Origin: Promethearchaeota archaeon
Lineage (GTDB): Archaea; Asgardarchaeota; Lokiarchaeia; Sigyniarchaeales; SOKP01
Length of the DNA stretch: 42,701 bases
Direction: 5' to 3'
NCBI GenBank assembly: GCA_016840085.1
Contig: JAEOTA010000009.1
Span: 1-42,701, forward strand
The notes under the pieces were generated by a model, which saw only the letters and a program-made list of their open reading frames with translations, searched no databases and was not told where the DNA came from. Position numbers and translations under genes: made by a program. Position 1 is the stretch's first letter. Each line of letters starts with the position of its first letter. Shown here piece after piece: positions 1-10,935 of this stretch.

Positions 1-200
1 CTTCATATTCTTCAAAATACACCGTGAGCGTAGGATCATGTCTAAGTTTTTCTCCGCTCCATATAGGGTAATTTTGTGTTTCTAACCTGAATAGACTATC
101 AGCTATGTTAAATGAAGGATCTTGTTTTACAATATCAATGAGTGTTGATTACATTGAAGAAATTAGGAAAAATTGGTCCAGATATGGAGAAATCAATAAT
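1..200 (-). pseudogene. Probable gene remnant running off the window edge (C-terminal part of a surface-protein-like sequence)
   Basis: Minus strand 139->1 reads IDIVKQDPSFNIADSLFRLETQNYPIWSGEKLRHDPTLTVYFEEYE without a stop. Upstream (ISGPIFPNFFNVINT) continues only after a frame change near 142. No start codon and no room before the purF stop at 226. Confidence 0.35.
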
Positions 201-225
201 TTATAGCCGAAAATGCTATTAGAAA

Positions 226-1623
226 TTATTCTACACCATCCCAACAATAAGTACATATTTTTTCCTTGGGCAATCCTATAGCTTTAATCAAATCTGCAAG
301 CTTCTGATATTTTAAAGAAGTTAACCCAAGTTTTTTACGGATAACATCAACCATAGATTTATATTTATCTGATTCAGTGTCAGTATATTCAGCAGGATCT
401 TCAATATTCTTTCCAATTAACTCTTTTATAGCCCATCGTCCCGCTAAATCCAACTCAGAATGAGATCGGGAGAAATTAAGAAATTTACAGTTATTAACAA
501 GCGGAGGGCATGCAGGTCTCATATGAACTTCTTTAGCCCCAAAATCATATAGCCTTTGAATGGTTTTGCGTAGCTGGGTCCCGCGGACAATGGAATCTTC
601 ACAGAAAAGTAAACGTTTATCATCAATGAGTTCTTTAATTGGGATGAGTTTCATCTTTGCAACTTCGTCTCTTATGACTTGATCTTGAGGCATAAAGCTC
701 CGAGGCCAAGTTGGAGTGTATTTTACAAATGGTCGTGAGAATGGAATTTTAGCTTCGCTTGCATAACCTAATCCGTGCCCTGTACCTGAATCTGGAATAC
801 CTGCAACAAGATCGATCCTCACATCATCATTTTTGGCCAAGGAAGAACCACATTTATAACGAACGATTTCCACATTAATATTCTCATAATTAGATGCTGG
901 ATATCCATAATATACCCATAAAAAACCACAAATCTGCATCCGATTACCAGGTGCGATTTTCTGTTCAATTCCATTTTTACTTATAAAAATAACTTCACCT
1001 GGTCCAAGATATTTTGTTATTTTATATTTGAGGTTTGGAAATGCACAAGTTTCCATAGTAACAGCATAAGAACCAGGTTTCTCTCCTATGATGAGAGGTG
1101 TTCTACCAAGCTTATCTCTTGCCGCATAAATTCCCTCATTTGTTAGGATAAGCATAGTACATGAGCCATCAATTATATCCTGGACTTTTTGAATTCCTTC
1201 TTCAAAGGTAGCGCCTTGACTAATTATTGTTGCAACCATTTCTGTTGGGTTAATCTCTCCGCCATGCATTTCTGAAAAATGAGATCCATTTTGCAATGCA
1301 TTCTCTGCCAAAATTTTTAAATTGTTAATTTTTCCAACAGTACAAATTGCGAAAACACCTAAATGAGAGTTGATTATTAAGGGTTGATCATCAAAATCAC
1401 TGATCACACCAATCCCCTTATTTCCATGCATCTTTTTAATATCTTTCTCAAATTTTGACCTGAATTGACTGGTTGAAATATTTTTAATGTATCTTTGAAA
1501 ACCATCCGCGTTTTTTACGGCTAAACCGCCCCTAACCGTTCCTAGATGGGAATGATAATCAGTACCATAAAAAAGATCTTCAATACAATTATTATTTGAA
1601 AAGACTCCGAAGAGACCACCCAT
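226..1623 (-). CDS. purF: Amidophosphoribosyltransferase-like protein (Ntn domain + PRTase domain) lacking the N-terminal catalytic Cys
   Basis: RDKLGRTPL, GIPDSG, PRPP loop LLFCEDSIVRGT, GAKEVHMRPACPP and C-terminal CTYCW. N-terminus is MGGLFG instead of MCG. Confidence 0.85.
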   Translation of the reverse strand: MGGLFGVFSNNNCIEDLFYGTDYHSHLGTVRGGLAVKNADGFQRYIKNISTSQFRSKFEKDIKKMHGNKGIGVISDFDDQPLIINSHLGVFAICTVGKINNLKILAENALQNGSHFSEMHGGEINPTEMVATIISQGATFEEGIQKVQDIIDGSCTMLILTNEGIYAARDKLGRTPLIIGEKPGSYAVTMETCAFPNLKYKITKYLGPGEVIFISKNGIEQKIAPGNRMQICGFLWVYYGYPASNYENINVEIVRYKCGSSLAKNDDVRIDLVAGIPDSGTGHGLGYASEAKIPFSRPFVKYTPTWPRSFMPQDQVIRDEVAKMKLIPIKELIDDKRLLFCEDSIVRGTQLRKTIQRLYDFGAKEVHMRPACPPLVNNCKFLNFSRSHSELDLAGRWAIKELIGKNIEDPAEYTDTESDKYKSMVDVIRKKLGLTSLKYQKLADLIKAIGLPKEKICTYCWDGVE

Positions 1624-1695
1624 AAAAAATTCACTATGTCTTTAATTTGTACAATAATTATTAAAGAAAATTATTAATCTACTAAGATTTGAATC

Positions 1696-2325
1696 TTATT
1701 TTTTACAAAAATCTATAAAATTCTGGTAAATCTTTATACCATATTTACTAGATTTCTCTGGGTGGAATTGCGTAGCAAAAATATTATCATTTGAGATCAT
1801 TGAACAAAATTCAATTTCCCCATATCGCGTCAAACCTAATATGTTTTTTTTATTATCAGGTACACTATAAAAACTATGTACAAAGTAAAAATATGAATTA
1901 TTTGGAATTCCTTGGACTAAAAAATGATCTTTATCTTGAAAATCCACGCTATTCCATCCTATTTGTGGAACTTTATTCACTTTATTAATATCAAAAGAGA
2001 CAATATCTCCTTTAATTAACTCTAATCCCTTAAAATCTCCCATTTCAGAGCTTTTAGAAAATAAGAGTTGAAGACCTAAACAAATTCCGAGTAATGGTTT
2101 TCCTTCATTCACAACTTGATATATAGTCTTAATAAGGTTCTTTTCCTTTAGCTGTTTCATAGCGTCACCAAACCCTCCCACTCCCGGTAAAATCACTCCA
2201 TTTGAGTTTAATATAATTTCAGCTTTGGACGTTATTGAACTAGCAACCCCTAAGTATTTTAAGCATTTATGGACGCTTTTAAGATTTCCCATTTCATAGT
2301 CAAGAATAGCAATATAAAACGACAT
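1696..2325 (-). CDS. hisH: Imidazole glycerol phosphate synthase glutaminase subunit
   Basis: DYEMGNLKSV, LPGVG, LGICLGLQLL, FYFVHSF and QFHPEKS (Cys-His-Glu triad intact). Confidence 0.95.
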   Translation of the reverse strand: MSFYIAILDYEMGNLKSVHKCLKYLGVASSITSKAEIILNSNGVILPGVGGFGDAMKQLKEKNLIKTIYQVVNEGKPLLGICLGLQLLFSKSSEMGDFKGLELIKGDIVSFDINKVNKVPQIGWNSVDFQDKDHFLVQGIPNNSYFYFVHSFYSVPDNKKNILGLTRYGEIEFCSMISNDNIFATQFHPEKSSKYGIKIYQNFIDFCKK

Positions 2326-2329
2326 TTCT

Positions 2330-3145
2330 TTATAACCTCATTGATATTCCTGCTTTTTTACACTCATTTTTTACAAATTCTATAGAATATTCATTATAGT
2401 GAAAAATTGAAGCCGCTAATGCTGCATCAGCTTTACCCAGTTTGAATACATCAATAATATGCTGAGGATTTCCTGCGCCACCAGAAGCAATTATTGGAAC
2501 GTCTAATTTTTTGCTAAAAATTCTTGTTAATTCTAAATCATATCCATTTTTAGTTCCATCACAATCCATAGAAGTTAATAGAATTTCACCACTACCTAAA
2601 TTGGTTGCTTCTTTTCCCCAAAGAATAGCATCTCTCCCTGTGGGTGTTCGACCTCCATTTATGTAGACTTCCCACCAACATAATTTATTATTAACTTCTA
2701 TTAGAATTTTATTTTTTGCTTCTGGAGATGAATTAACATATACTCTTTTAGCATCGATTGCAGTAACTATGCATTGTGAACCAAATATTTTAGCTCCTTC
2801 TTTTATCAAATCAGGATTCTGAACCGCAGCAGTGTTCAAAGAAATTTTATCTGCCCCCGCTCTCAAAATTTCCTTAATATCCTTAACTGTTCTTAAACCT
2901 CCTCCCACAGTAAAGGGAATAAAGACTTGATCTCCAGTCTTTTCTACTAAATCAATTATTATTTTTCTTTTATCAGATGAAGCTGTAATATCTAAAAAAA
3001 CTAGTTCATCTGCTCCCTGTTCGTCATATAATTTTGCTAATTCTACAGCATCGCCTACATCTTTTAAATTTATGAACTTTGTACCTTTTACTACTTTACC
3101 TTGAATAACATCTAAGCACGGGATAATTCGTTTGGTTAAAACCAT
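2330..3145 (-). CDS. hisF: Imidazole glycerol phosphate synthase cyclase subunit
   Basis: [55 protein letters not shown]. Confidence 0.96.
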   Translation of the reverse strand: MVLTKRIIPCLDVIQGKVVKGTKFINLKDVGDAVELAKLYDEQGADELVFLDITASSDKRKIIIDLVEKTGDQVFIPFTVGGGLRTVKDIKEILRAGADKISLNTAAVQNPDLIKEGAKIFGSQCIVTAIDAKRVYVNSSPEAKNKILIEVNNKLCWWEVYINGGRTPTGRDAILWGKEATNLGSGEILLTSMDCDGTKNGYDLELTRIFSKKLDVPIIASGGAGNPQHIIDVFKLGKADAALAASIFHYNEYSIEFVKNECKKAGISMRL

Positions 3146-3201
3146 TATTATAAGGATAATTTTAGACGTTTAATTAAAACAAATTTACTTATAGTTTAAA
3201 T

Positions 3202-5610
3202 TTATTCTTTATTTGAATTATAATTTCTGAATATACCTCCAATTAACTGCCCAGTGCTTACTCCAGCATCACCAGATGGAATTAGTTCATGTTCTAAGAA
3301 TTGATATCCAGATTGATTAATTTGATCTTTTATCGATTTAGAAAAAGAATAATTATAAGCAACTCCTCCTGTTAAACCAATTTTATTTATGTTATGCTTT
3401 TTTGCAAGTTTAATCGCAATATCAGCAAATGATCTCCCTATCTCAATTTGGAATTTAGCTGCAATATCCTCTTTTTTATATTTACCATTTTCCAATAGCT
3501 CTATTATATCTGCTATTAATTCTGACGTTTTTAATTGATATTTTCCATTCTTTTTAATAGATTTAATTTCTAATGGTACATTATCTGCGTTCCCTCTTGA
3601 AGCCATCCCTTCAAGTCGCATAGCAGGTTCACCTCTATAGGTCTTAATTCTTGAAGCCTCTAATAAATATGAAACTGAATCAAAGATTCTACCGGTTGAA
3701 CTAGTCAGAGGGATATTCTGAGATGGAAAGTGGTTTTTTCCCTGCTCAAATTGGGATATTAAAATCTCTAATTCTGTGTTTTTATATTCAAGATCAAGAT
3801 ATAATTTTAATTTTTCAAATTCTTTTTTAGATTCTTCCAATTCTAAAGCATTTAAAATAATAGACGCTACCATACGAGCAGGATATTTTGTACAACGATC
3901 TCCTCCTATCATAGGTTGATATTCTAAGTGAGCTAAACGTTCATAATCATAATATGAAGATAATAATATTTCACCTCCCCAAATATTACCATCATCACCA
4001 TACCCAACCCCATCTGAAGTTATACAAATGATTTTTTCATCGATATCTACCTTATTTTCAGCCATCAATGCTAAAGCATGCGCATAATGATGTTGTATCT
4101 TGTAAATATTGCATTCGAACTGATTACTAAGTTCTCTGGCTAATTTAGATGTAATAAATTCTGGATGAGCATCGCAAGCAATGAATTTTATTTCAGAATC
4201 TGTAACTTGAAGGAGAGACTTCATATGAAATAAGGCATCCTTTAGAAATTGATATGTTTCAAGATGAGAAACATTCCCAATATGTTGTGTAGGGAAAATC
4301 CTATTTCTTCTTAAAATAGCTCCAGTTGTTGATAATAATGGGCCTGTAGCAATTGCACCAGGAATATCTACTTTAAAAGGTAAAGGTATATACTCTGGCA
4401 CATAACCTCTAGAGCGCCTAATTAGTTTCGGTTTATTATTATGAATTCTTAAAACACTATCATCAGCTCTTTGATAAATCGATCTGTTATGAAGAAGAAA
4501 AATGTCTGCAAGTTCTGTTAACTGCTCAAATATTTCCACATTATCAATAGCCATAGGAATATAAGACTTGTTCCCGCTGGTATAAACTAATGGTTTCTCT
4601 CCTATATAATCAAATAATAAATAATGTATCCCTGAATAGGGGAGCATTATGCCAACATTATTTAATCCCGGAGCTACTTGCTTACTAATTATTGAATGAT
4701 CATTTGAATTATTTCTTTCTAAGAGAACTATTGGCCTTCGAAATGAATTGAGAATCTCTCTTTCTTTCTTAGAGACTTTTAGGGTATTTTCAATAATTTT
4801 CAAATTTGGTACCATTACAGCAAATGGTTTATATTTTCTTTCACCTTTTCTTTCACGTAATTTGCTGATAACATCGTCATTGTTAGCTAAACAAATTAAA
4901 TGAACTCCTCCTATACCTTTAACTGCAGCTATGGCCCCCTTATTTATTCTTTTAGCTGTTTCAATTAATATTTCATCTATTGAATTATCTTTAATGATTT
5001 CTCGCTGGTTGTCATAAAGTTTATAATGCGGTCCACACACTTTACACACAAATGTTTGAGCGTGAAATCGTCTATTATTAAAATCTGAAAACTCCTGGAT
5101 GCAAGATTCAGGTTCAGCCTGTTTGCAAAAAGGAAACTCAACCATAGTACTGCGTTCTCTATCGTAAGGCAGATCAATTACCGTAGTGAATCTAGGGCCA
5201 CACACGGCACACGCGATAAAAGGATATTTATAGTACTTCGGAATATCTGGGTTTCTCATATCAGCTAAGCATTTATCACAAATGGCAATATCTGGAGGTA
5301 GTGTTAAACTAATGCCTCTGCCTTGCTCACTTTTTTCTATTTTTAAATTATCATATATTATATCTGTGTAAATTGCTTTTTGTGTTATAGTCTCAATGAA
5401 AGATATTTCAGGCTTCTTTTCTTTAACTTGTTTAACAAATTTTTTAATGTTTGTATTATCTCCCTGTAACATTAATCGTACTCCAGCATTTCCACGATTT
5501 AAAATATATCCATTTAAATTGTTGTCTTTTGCTAAATTAAATAAGAAAGGTCTAAAGCCTACGCCCTGAACTATACCTGTAATATTGATTTCTATGGTTT
5601 TTATAGTCAT
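3202..5610 (-). CDS. hypF: Hydrogenase maturation carbamoyltransferase HypF
   Basis: GIVQGVGFRPF acylphosphatase domain, two Zn-finger CxxC pairs, LPYDRERSTM, RRSRGYVP, QHHYAHA, DGVGYGDDG, TSSTGRIFD. Confidence 0.96.
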   Translation of the reverse strand: MTIKTIEINITGIVQGVGFRPFLFNLAKDNNLNGYILNRGNAGVRLMLQGDNTNIKKFVKQVKEKKPEISFIETITQKAIYTDIIYDNLKIEKSEQGRGISLTLPPDIAICDKCLADMRNPDIPKYYKYPFIACAVCGPRFTTVIDLPYDRERSTMVEFPFCKQAEPESCIQEFSDFNNRRFHAQTFVCKVCGPHYKLYDNQREIIKDNSIDEILIETAKRINKGAIAAVKGIGGVHLICLANNDDVISKLRERKGERKYKPFAVMVPNLKIIENTLKVSKKEREILNSFRRPIVLLERNNSNDHSIISKQVAPGLNNVGIMLPYSGIHYLLFDYIGEKPLVYTSGNKSYIPMAIDNVEIFEQLTELADIFLLHNRSIYQRADDSVLRIHNNKPKLIRRSRGYVPEYIPLPFKVDIPGAIATGPLLSTTGAILRRNRIFPTQHIGNVSHLETYQFLKDALFHMKSLLQVTDSEIKFIACDAHPEFITSKLARELSNQFECNIYKIQHHYAHALALMAENKVDIDEKIICITSDGVGYGDDGNIWGGEILLSSYYDYERLAHLEYQPMIGGDRCTKYPARMVASIILNALELEESKKEFEKLKLYLDLEYKNTELEILISQFEQGKNHFPSQNIPLTSSTGRIFDSVSYLLEASRIKTYRGEPAMRLEGMASRGNADNVPLEIKSIKKNGKYQLKTSELIADIIELLENGKYKKEDIAAKFQIEIGRSFADIAIKLAKKHNINKIGLTGGVAYNYSFSKSIKDQINQSGYQFLEHELIPSGDAGVSTGQLIGGIFRNYNSNKE

Positions 5611-5692
5611 TCAAATAAATTAAAATTCGAAAATAATATAAATCAAATGATTATTAAAATAAAATCTAAAAATAAAAATAAAAAAAAGGATA

Positions 5693-7308
5693 TTAATCTC
5701 GTTTCTTAAAAATTCTTCTTATCAAGACTATTAATATGACACCAAATAGACCACTTACAAGATAAATATTAAATCCTGGAATTCCCTTTTTACCGCAATC
5801 ATTATTCTCTATAATATTACCAATGCAATTTTCATCTACTTCAATGCATTTCCTATTACCGCGTAATATATTACCAATAATTCGATTATAATCACTAGCC
5901 TCAAGGTCAATTCCTGTTGCATCATTATTTCTAATGGTATTATCTGTAATATTGTTATAATCACTGCCGGTCAGTGATATTCCCTCATCACCGTTATGAT
6001 CTACTATATTATTAGTAACATTATTATGATCACAAGAAGTCAAACTTATTCCAGTTTCACCGTTATTATCTACTATATTTTCTGAAACGTCACAATAGCT
6101 AGTGGCAGCTAATGTTATTCCACACCAATCTTCGACATGCCCATTCGAAGATACATTATTATTTGAAATAAGAATTTTTGTAGAATCATCTACAGATATC
6201 CCAGAATAGTTGTTAAAACAAATGATATTGTCTTTTATTTCGCTATTATGAGTATCAAGTACCCATAAACCTCTATAATTATACATGACTGTATTGTTAC
6301 TAATTGTAATATAATAATTAGGAATATCAAGTCCAGGCGCCATACGAGATGACATAATTCCTTCATAATGATTACCTATGATTATATTTTCAGATATTAG
6401 AGTATTATTACATTTAGCATTTCTAATTCCAATTCCGGCATTACTTTTTACTAGATTATCTGAAATAGTTGTAGAATTGCAGAATTCTAAATGAATTCCA
6501 TCAAAATCAAAATCATCAAACTCAGACTCTACAAGATTTTTACAATTTTGTTCTATTGAGTTTTCGGAAAGTAATATATCAAAGCAATATGCTAAATGAA
6601 TCCCATGATCGTCATTATTATTAATAGTATTTCCAATAATAGTATAATTCCAGCAATATTTCAGATTTATTCCAGACCCATAATTATTATTAAAAGTATT
6701 ATCAGAAATAATATTATCAGAAATAACAGTAAAAGAAAAAGAAATTCCAATTTCACTATATAAACCATACTGAGCATTATTATTTGCAGTATTTCCAGTA
6801 ACAGTACAATTCTGAGAATGATATAGAAAAATTCCAGTTTTACAATTAGAAAAGTCGTTATCGATTAATGTTCCGTTATTTGCCCAATATAACCAAATCC
6901 CATATATATCTTTATTTCGATCAGAAGTAAAAACTGTACAGTTTTTTATGACAAAATAATCATCGTAAAACCAATAAAAATTCCAGATTGGAACTCAGAA
7001 TCAGGAAGTGGATCTAAAACGGGGGCATTAGTAGCATTGATAATGACATTTTCAATAGTATAAGGATTAGAAAATGAACCATCACCACTACACCAATCTT
7101 CCGCGACCGTTGCAGACCAATTATCAACTATATGAATATATGATAATTTATGCACTGCACTAGTGGAGGGCATTTTTACCTCATTATTGGTTTCTGGAGT
7201 TAGTGGAGTTATTCGGTGGCTATAAAAGGATATACCTATTATAACAGGGATTAAAACCCATATTCCCCAAAGAATTATTACTACATTTTGTTTACTTATG
7301 GATTTCAT
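5693..7308 (-). pseudogene. Surface right-handed beta-helix (NosD/CASH-like) protein split by a single 1-nt frameshift near 6965; N-terminal hydrophobic segment and C-terminal IPGF-TM-basic sorting tail
   Basis: ORFs 6946-7308 and 5693-6355 are one gene. The frame starting at 6964 (DDYFVIKNCTVFTSD...) is open into the 6355 ORF and is full of N-rich GIxL repeats. It ends KKGIPGFNIYLVSGLFGVILIVLIRRIFKKRD. Confidence 0.85.
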
Positions 7309-7442
7309 TTTTAAATATAATTATAATTTTAATGATTATAATTAAGTTTTGATATATTTAAAGATAATACAAATTTGGATAAATAATATTAACAAAGTGT
7401 AATATTGTTAATCTATTTTTGATAGTTTTGTAAAAAAAGTCT

Positions 7443-8543
7443 TTATTCATGATATTTATAATAAATACTGCAAGTCCCTTCCATAGAAACCATACATGGT
7501 CCAATGGGATTTAGAGGTGTGCATTCCTTTCTAAAAAGCTTGCATTCAAAAGGATATAATTTTCCAACCATTACTAGATGACAAGAACAGCCAGGAGGGA
7601 TATCTTGAGAGTTTTCAATTTGAATATCGAATTTTTTATCCGCATCGAATTCTTGATATCTTTCCCTTATGGCTAATCCTCCCTCAGATATTCTTCCTAT
7701 CCCTCTCCATGGTGACGAGACAGGTTTAAAAACTTTATCAATTATATTTTGAGCCACTTTATTTCCTTCAGGCTTTACAACTCGAGAATATTCATTTAAT
7801 GTATCATATTTTTTATCTCTCACTTGCTTTAAAAGCATTAAGAGGGATAATAAAACATCATTAGGTTCAAATCCTGATATAACGTTGGGTATTCTATAAC
7901 CTTGTGAAAAAATTTCATATGGTTTTAGTCCAATAATCGTAGAAACATGACCTGGAGAAATAAAACCGTCTATATTTAATAGTGATTGACTCATTAAAAG
8001 TTCTAAGGCCGCTGGAATTAATTTATGAGCACATATTACTGAAAAATTTGAGGGAGGATCAGATTTAAGTTCAAAACCAGTTAAAGGAGCAGTAGTTTCA
8101 AATCCTATAGCAAAAAATATGACTTCTTTATTAGGATTTTTTCTAGCAATCTTAACAGCATCATTCGGTCCATAAACAATACGAACATCAGCACCTTTAG
8201 CTTTGAGTTCAGCTAAAGAAATATTTGTAGAAGGAACCCGTATCATATCTCCGAATGTTGTTATAATTGTATCTTTCCTTTTTCCAAGCTCGATTGTTTT
8301 GTCAATATCAGCAGCAGGACATATACATACAGGACATCCAGGACCAGATAAGATTTCTATTTCTTTAGGTAAAAGAGTTCTTAATCCATACTTAGAAATT
8401 GTATGTTCATGGGTTCCGCAAACGTGCATAAATTTAACTGGTCTGTTAATCTCCTTAACAATCGAATTTATTGCTTTTATGAGTTTTTTTGTAAATTCTT
8501 TACTTCTTAAAATTTTTATTTCAGGGAGGTCCATCTTGAGCAA
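7443..8543 (-). CDS. hypD: Hydrogenase maturation protein HypD
   Basis: MHVCGTHE, SGPGCPVC, GFETTAP, PGHVS and C-terminal GPCMVSMEGTC. Start may be ATG at 8534. Confidence 0.96.
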   Translation of the reverse strand: MLKMDLPEIKILRSKEFTKKLIKAINSIVKEINRPVKFMHVCGTHEHTISKYGLRTLLPKEIEILSGPGCPVCICPAADIDKTIELGKRKDTIITTFGDMIRVPSTNISLAELKAKGADVRIVYGPNDAVKIARKNPNKEVIFFAIGFETTAPLTGFELKSDPPSNFSVICAHKLIPAALELLMSQSLLNIDGFISPGHVSTIIGLKPYEIFSQGYRIPNVISGFEPNDVLLSLLMLLKQVRDKKYDTLNEYSRVVKPEGNKVAQNIIDKVFKPVSSPWRGIGRISEGGLAIRERYQEFDADKKFDIQIENSQDIPPGCSCHLVMVGKLYPFECKLFRKECTPLNPIGPCMVSMEGTCSIYYKYHE

Positions 8544-8676
8544 TTGAAATATTAAATCATAATCTAGACCAATAAATAAATATAATTATTCAATATAATA
8601 TTAATTAATTAAATCTACTTTAGAAATATTAAGAAGCAATAAAAATTATCCTAATACAAAAAATAATTTCATAGCT

Positions 8677-8976
8677 ATGAGTAATAATCGAAGATTAACA
8701 GAAGATATTCGTAAAAAAGTTATTGAATTCCTTAAAAAACATGGAGCAAAAAAAATATCCATTTTTGGATCCTATATTAGAGGGGATGCAACACCAGAGA
8801 GTGATTTGGATGTTATCGTTGAATTTAATGAACCAAAAGGACTTATTAAATTTGTCAGCATAGAAAATGAATTATCAGAAATTTTAGGAATAAAAGTAGA
8901 TTTATTAACTGAGAAAGCTATAAGCACTTATCTTATTAACGATATTAAAAAAGAAGCAATTGTGATATATGGATGA
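8677..8976 (+). CDS. Minimal nucleotidyltransferase (MNT) antitoxin
   Basis: IFGSYIRGDATPESDLDVIV and LGIKVDLLT; 99 aa; ATGA overlap with the HEPN gene. Confidence 0.92.
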   Translation: MSNNRRLTEDIRKKVIEFLKKHGAKKISIFGSYIRGDATPESDLDVIVEFNEPKGLIKFVSIENELSEILGIKVDLLTEKAISTYLINDIKKEAIVIYG

Positions 8977-9323
8977 AAAAAGATAATCAGGTTTATTTAG
9001 AACATATTCTAGATGCGATAAACCAGATCAAAACATATATCAAAGATGTGGATTATAAAAGCTTTACTAATTCTCGACTTATTCAAGATGCCGTTATTCG
9101 AGAACTCGAAATAGTTGGTGAAGCAACTAAAAATCTGTCTGAAGAAGTTAGGAAAAAATATCCCAATATCCCATGGAAAGATATTGCGGGGATGCGAGAA
9201 AAATTAATCCATGGTTATATGGGTGTGAATTTAGAAGATGTCTGGAAAACAGCTAAAGAAGAAATATCAGATTTAGAAAAACAGCTTAAAAATTTGCTTA
9301 AGGTATTTAAATCTAAGAATTAA
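8973..9323 (+). CDS. HEPN (DUF86) ribonuclease toxin
   Basis: QDAVIRELEIVGEA, IPWKDIAGMREKLIHGY (Rx4H motif); coupled to the MNT gene. Confidence 0.92.
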   Translation: MKKDNQVYLEHILDAINQIKTYIKDVDYKSFTNSRLIQDAVIRELEIVGEATKNLSEEVRKKYPNIPWKDIAGMREKLIHGYMGVNLEDVWKTAKEEISDLEKQLKNLLKVFKSKN

Positions 9324-10372
9324 CATATTCTAGGAATAGGTTCACCTAAAGGCATATCAACAATCCGAGTACCTCCGACTATTGTCTTTAAAAGCACTCG
9401 CTTTGGATTGTCTGCTTTAACTTCACCAATAATTTGGGCATCCTTCCCTATATTTGTTTTTCTAATTTTATTTAATATAATTTCAGCTTTATTTGGATCT
9501 ACTGCTAAGAGAGCTCTCCCTTCACACGCAATATTATAAGGATCCAGACCTAACATATCACATATCGCACTAACTTCCTTTTTAACTGGGACTTTTTCTT
9601 CGTCAATCCAAATACTCACATATGATTTTTTTGCCCAATCATTTAAAGCAGCAGCAATGCCTCCACGTGTCGGATCTTTCATAGCATGAATATAATTACT
9701 TTTAATTTCAGATTTAACTTCTTCATATACTTCAAGTAAAAGTGAAATATCTGATTTTAAGTCTGTAGAAATGTTTAATCCTTCTCGAGAAGCCATCAGA
9801 GCGGTACCATGATCGCCAATACTACCAGTTATAATAATTTGATCTCCTACTTTTAGATTGCTATCTAAAATAGTTATGTTTTTATCCTTTATTCCAATAC
9901 CAGTAGTCGCTATAACTATTTCATTCAATGTTCCTCGAGGCATTACTTTTGTATCTCCCGCAATTATTGCAATATTCGCTTTTTTTGCCATATTATTCAT
10001 CGAACCTATTATTTTTTCTAATTTATTAAATCCAAAACCCTCTTCAATGATTATCATAGATGTTAAAGCTAATGGTTCAGCGCCCATCATTAAAAGATCA
10101 TTAACAGTTCCACAAATGCTTAAAATACCTAAATCTCCTCCAGGAAAAAAAAGAGGATAAATTGTATGACCGTCTGCAGTAATAACGATTTCTTTATCAT
10201 AATTATTTAAGGGAATAGTAGCTCCATCGTCTAACTCTTTAACACCAATACCGTTATTAACATTTTTAAAGGGGATGTTCTTTGTAATAAAGTCAATTAA
10301 TTCTTCCTGTAAAATTCCACCAGCCCCATGAGCCAAACGGATAACCTTAGAGCTCTCTTTTTTTTCACTCAT
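9320..10372 (-). CDS. hypE: Hydrogenase maturation protein HypE
   Basis: LAHGAGG, PLFFPGGDLG, GDTKV, MKDPTRGG and C-terminal PRIC. Start moved to ATG 10372 (MSEKK) because the upstream 33 codons are low-complexity. Confidence 0.95.
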   Translation of the reverse strand: MSEKKESSKVIRLAHGAGGILQEELIDFITKNIPFKNVNNGIGVKELDDGATIPLNNYDKEIVITADGHTIYPLFFPGGDLGILSICGTVNDLLMMGAEPLALTSMIIIEEGFGFNKLEKIIGSMNNMAKKANIAIIAGDTKVMPRGTLNEIVIATTGIGIKDKNITILDSNLKVGDQIIITGSIGDHGTALMASREGLNISTDLKSDISLLLEVYEEVKSEIKSNYIHAMKDPTRGGIAAALNDWAKKSYVSIWIDEEKVPVKKEVSAICDMLGLDPYNIACEGRALLAVDPNKAEIILNKIRKTNIGKDAQIIGEVKADNPKRVLLKTIVGGTRIVDMPLGEPIPRIC

Positions 10373-10618
10373 GATTGTAAAATAGAAACAAAAATTAAAA
10401 GAATTTAGGTTATAAAAGCAATGTTTAAAAATTTTAACGTTTAAAATTAATAATTCAAGAATTTTAAGCAAAATAGATTAAAATAAGAATCAAATTGATT
10501 TATTATAAAAATATAAAATTACCAAAAATGATACTTGTTTTTATTTAGAGTTAATGCTTCAATAATATAGAATATAAAAAAAAAGAAATTTTTTTCTTGA
10601 TTTGTTTTAACTTTTTGA

Positions 10619-10918
10619 TTACATATTTATAATCGCATCATTTTCGAATATTAAATCAATAACTTCATCAGAAGTAACTAATTTAATTTTATCAGAGATG
10701 AAATTACCTAATCCACGTAGATCTATATGTTCTTTACATGCAACTACTGTTTTATTTTGATTAAATGCTTGTGAAACCGCTTTATTAGATTTATTCGCGA
10801 AATATACAGCATTTTGGAGTAAGAAAATGGTTACGTCATCTTCATCAGTATGTTCCATTGCAAGTTCTACACCTGTAATATCCTCACTTGTAATAAAATA
10901 CAAAACTTTTTTACCCAT
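10619..10918 (-). CDS. dsrH: DsrH/TusB-family sulfur relay protein
   Basis: 99 aa; IFLLQNAVY and ACKEHIDLRGL resemble DsrH/TusB; GGAGG RBS upstream. Confidence 0.7.
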   Translation of the reverse strand: MGKKVLYFITSEDITGVELAMEHTDEDDVTIFLLQNAVYFANKSNKAVSQAFNQNKTVVACKEHIDLRGLGNFISDKIKLVTSDEVIDLIFENDAIINM

Positions 10919-10927
10919 TATTATCTA

Positions 10928-10935
10928 ACCTCCTA
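10928..10935 (-). promoter_or_regulatory. Shine-Dalgarno site for dsrH
   Basis: Minus strand TAGGAGGT about 9 nt before ATG 10918, overlapping the stop of the upstream remnant. Confidence 0.7.

Noticed and set aside
6960-6985. Programmed -1 ribosomal frameshift in the beta-helix gene
   Set aside because: No in-frame X XXY YYZ heptamer and no obvious stimulatory structure; a simple indel fits better.
7388-7412. 8-bp inverted repeat ATTAACAA/TTGTTAAT
   Set aside because: Almost all A/T in very AT-rich DNA; likely chance.
10373-10471. N-terminal extension of HypE (similar extensions called for ACD at 23449 and the aminopeptidase at 34984)
   Set aside because: Low-complexity upstream sequence; family motifs begin at downstream ATGs.
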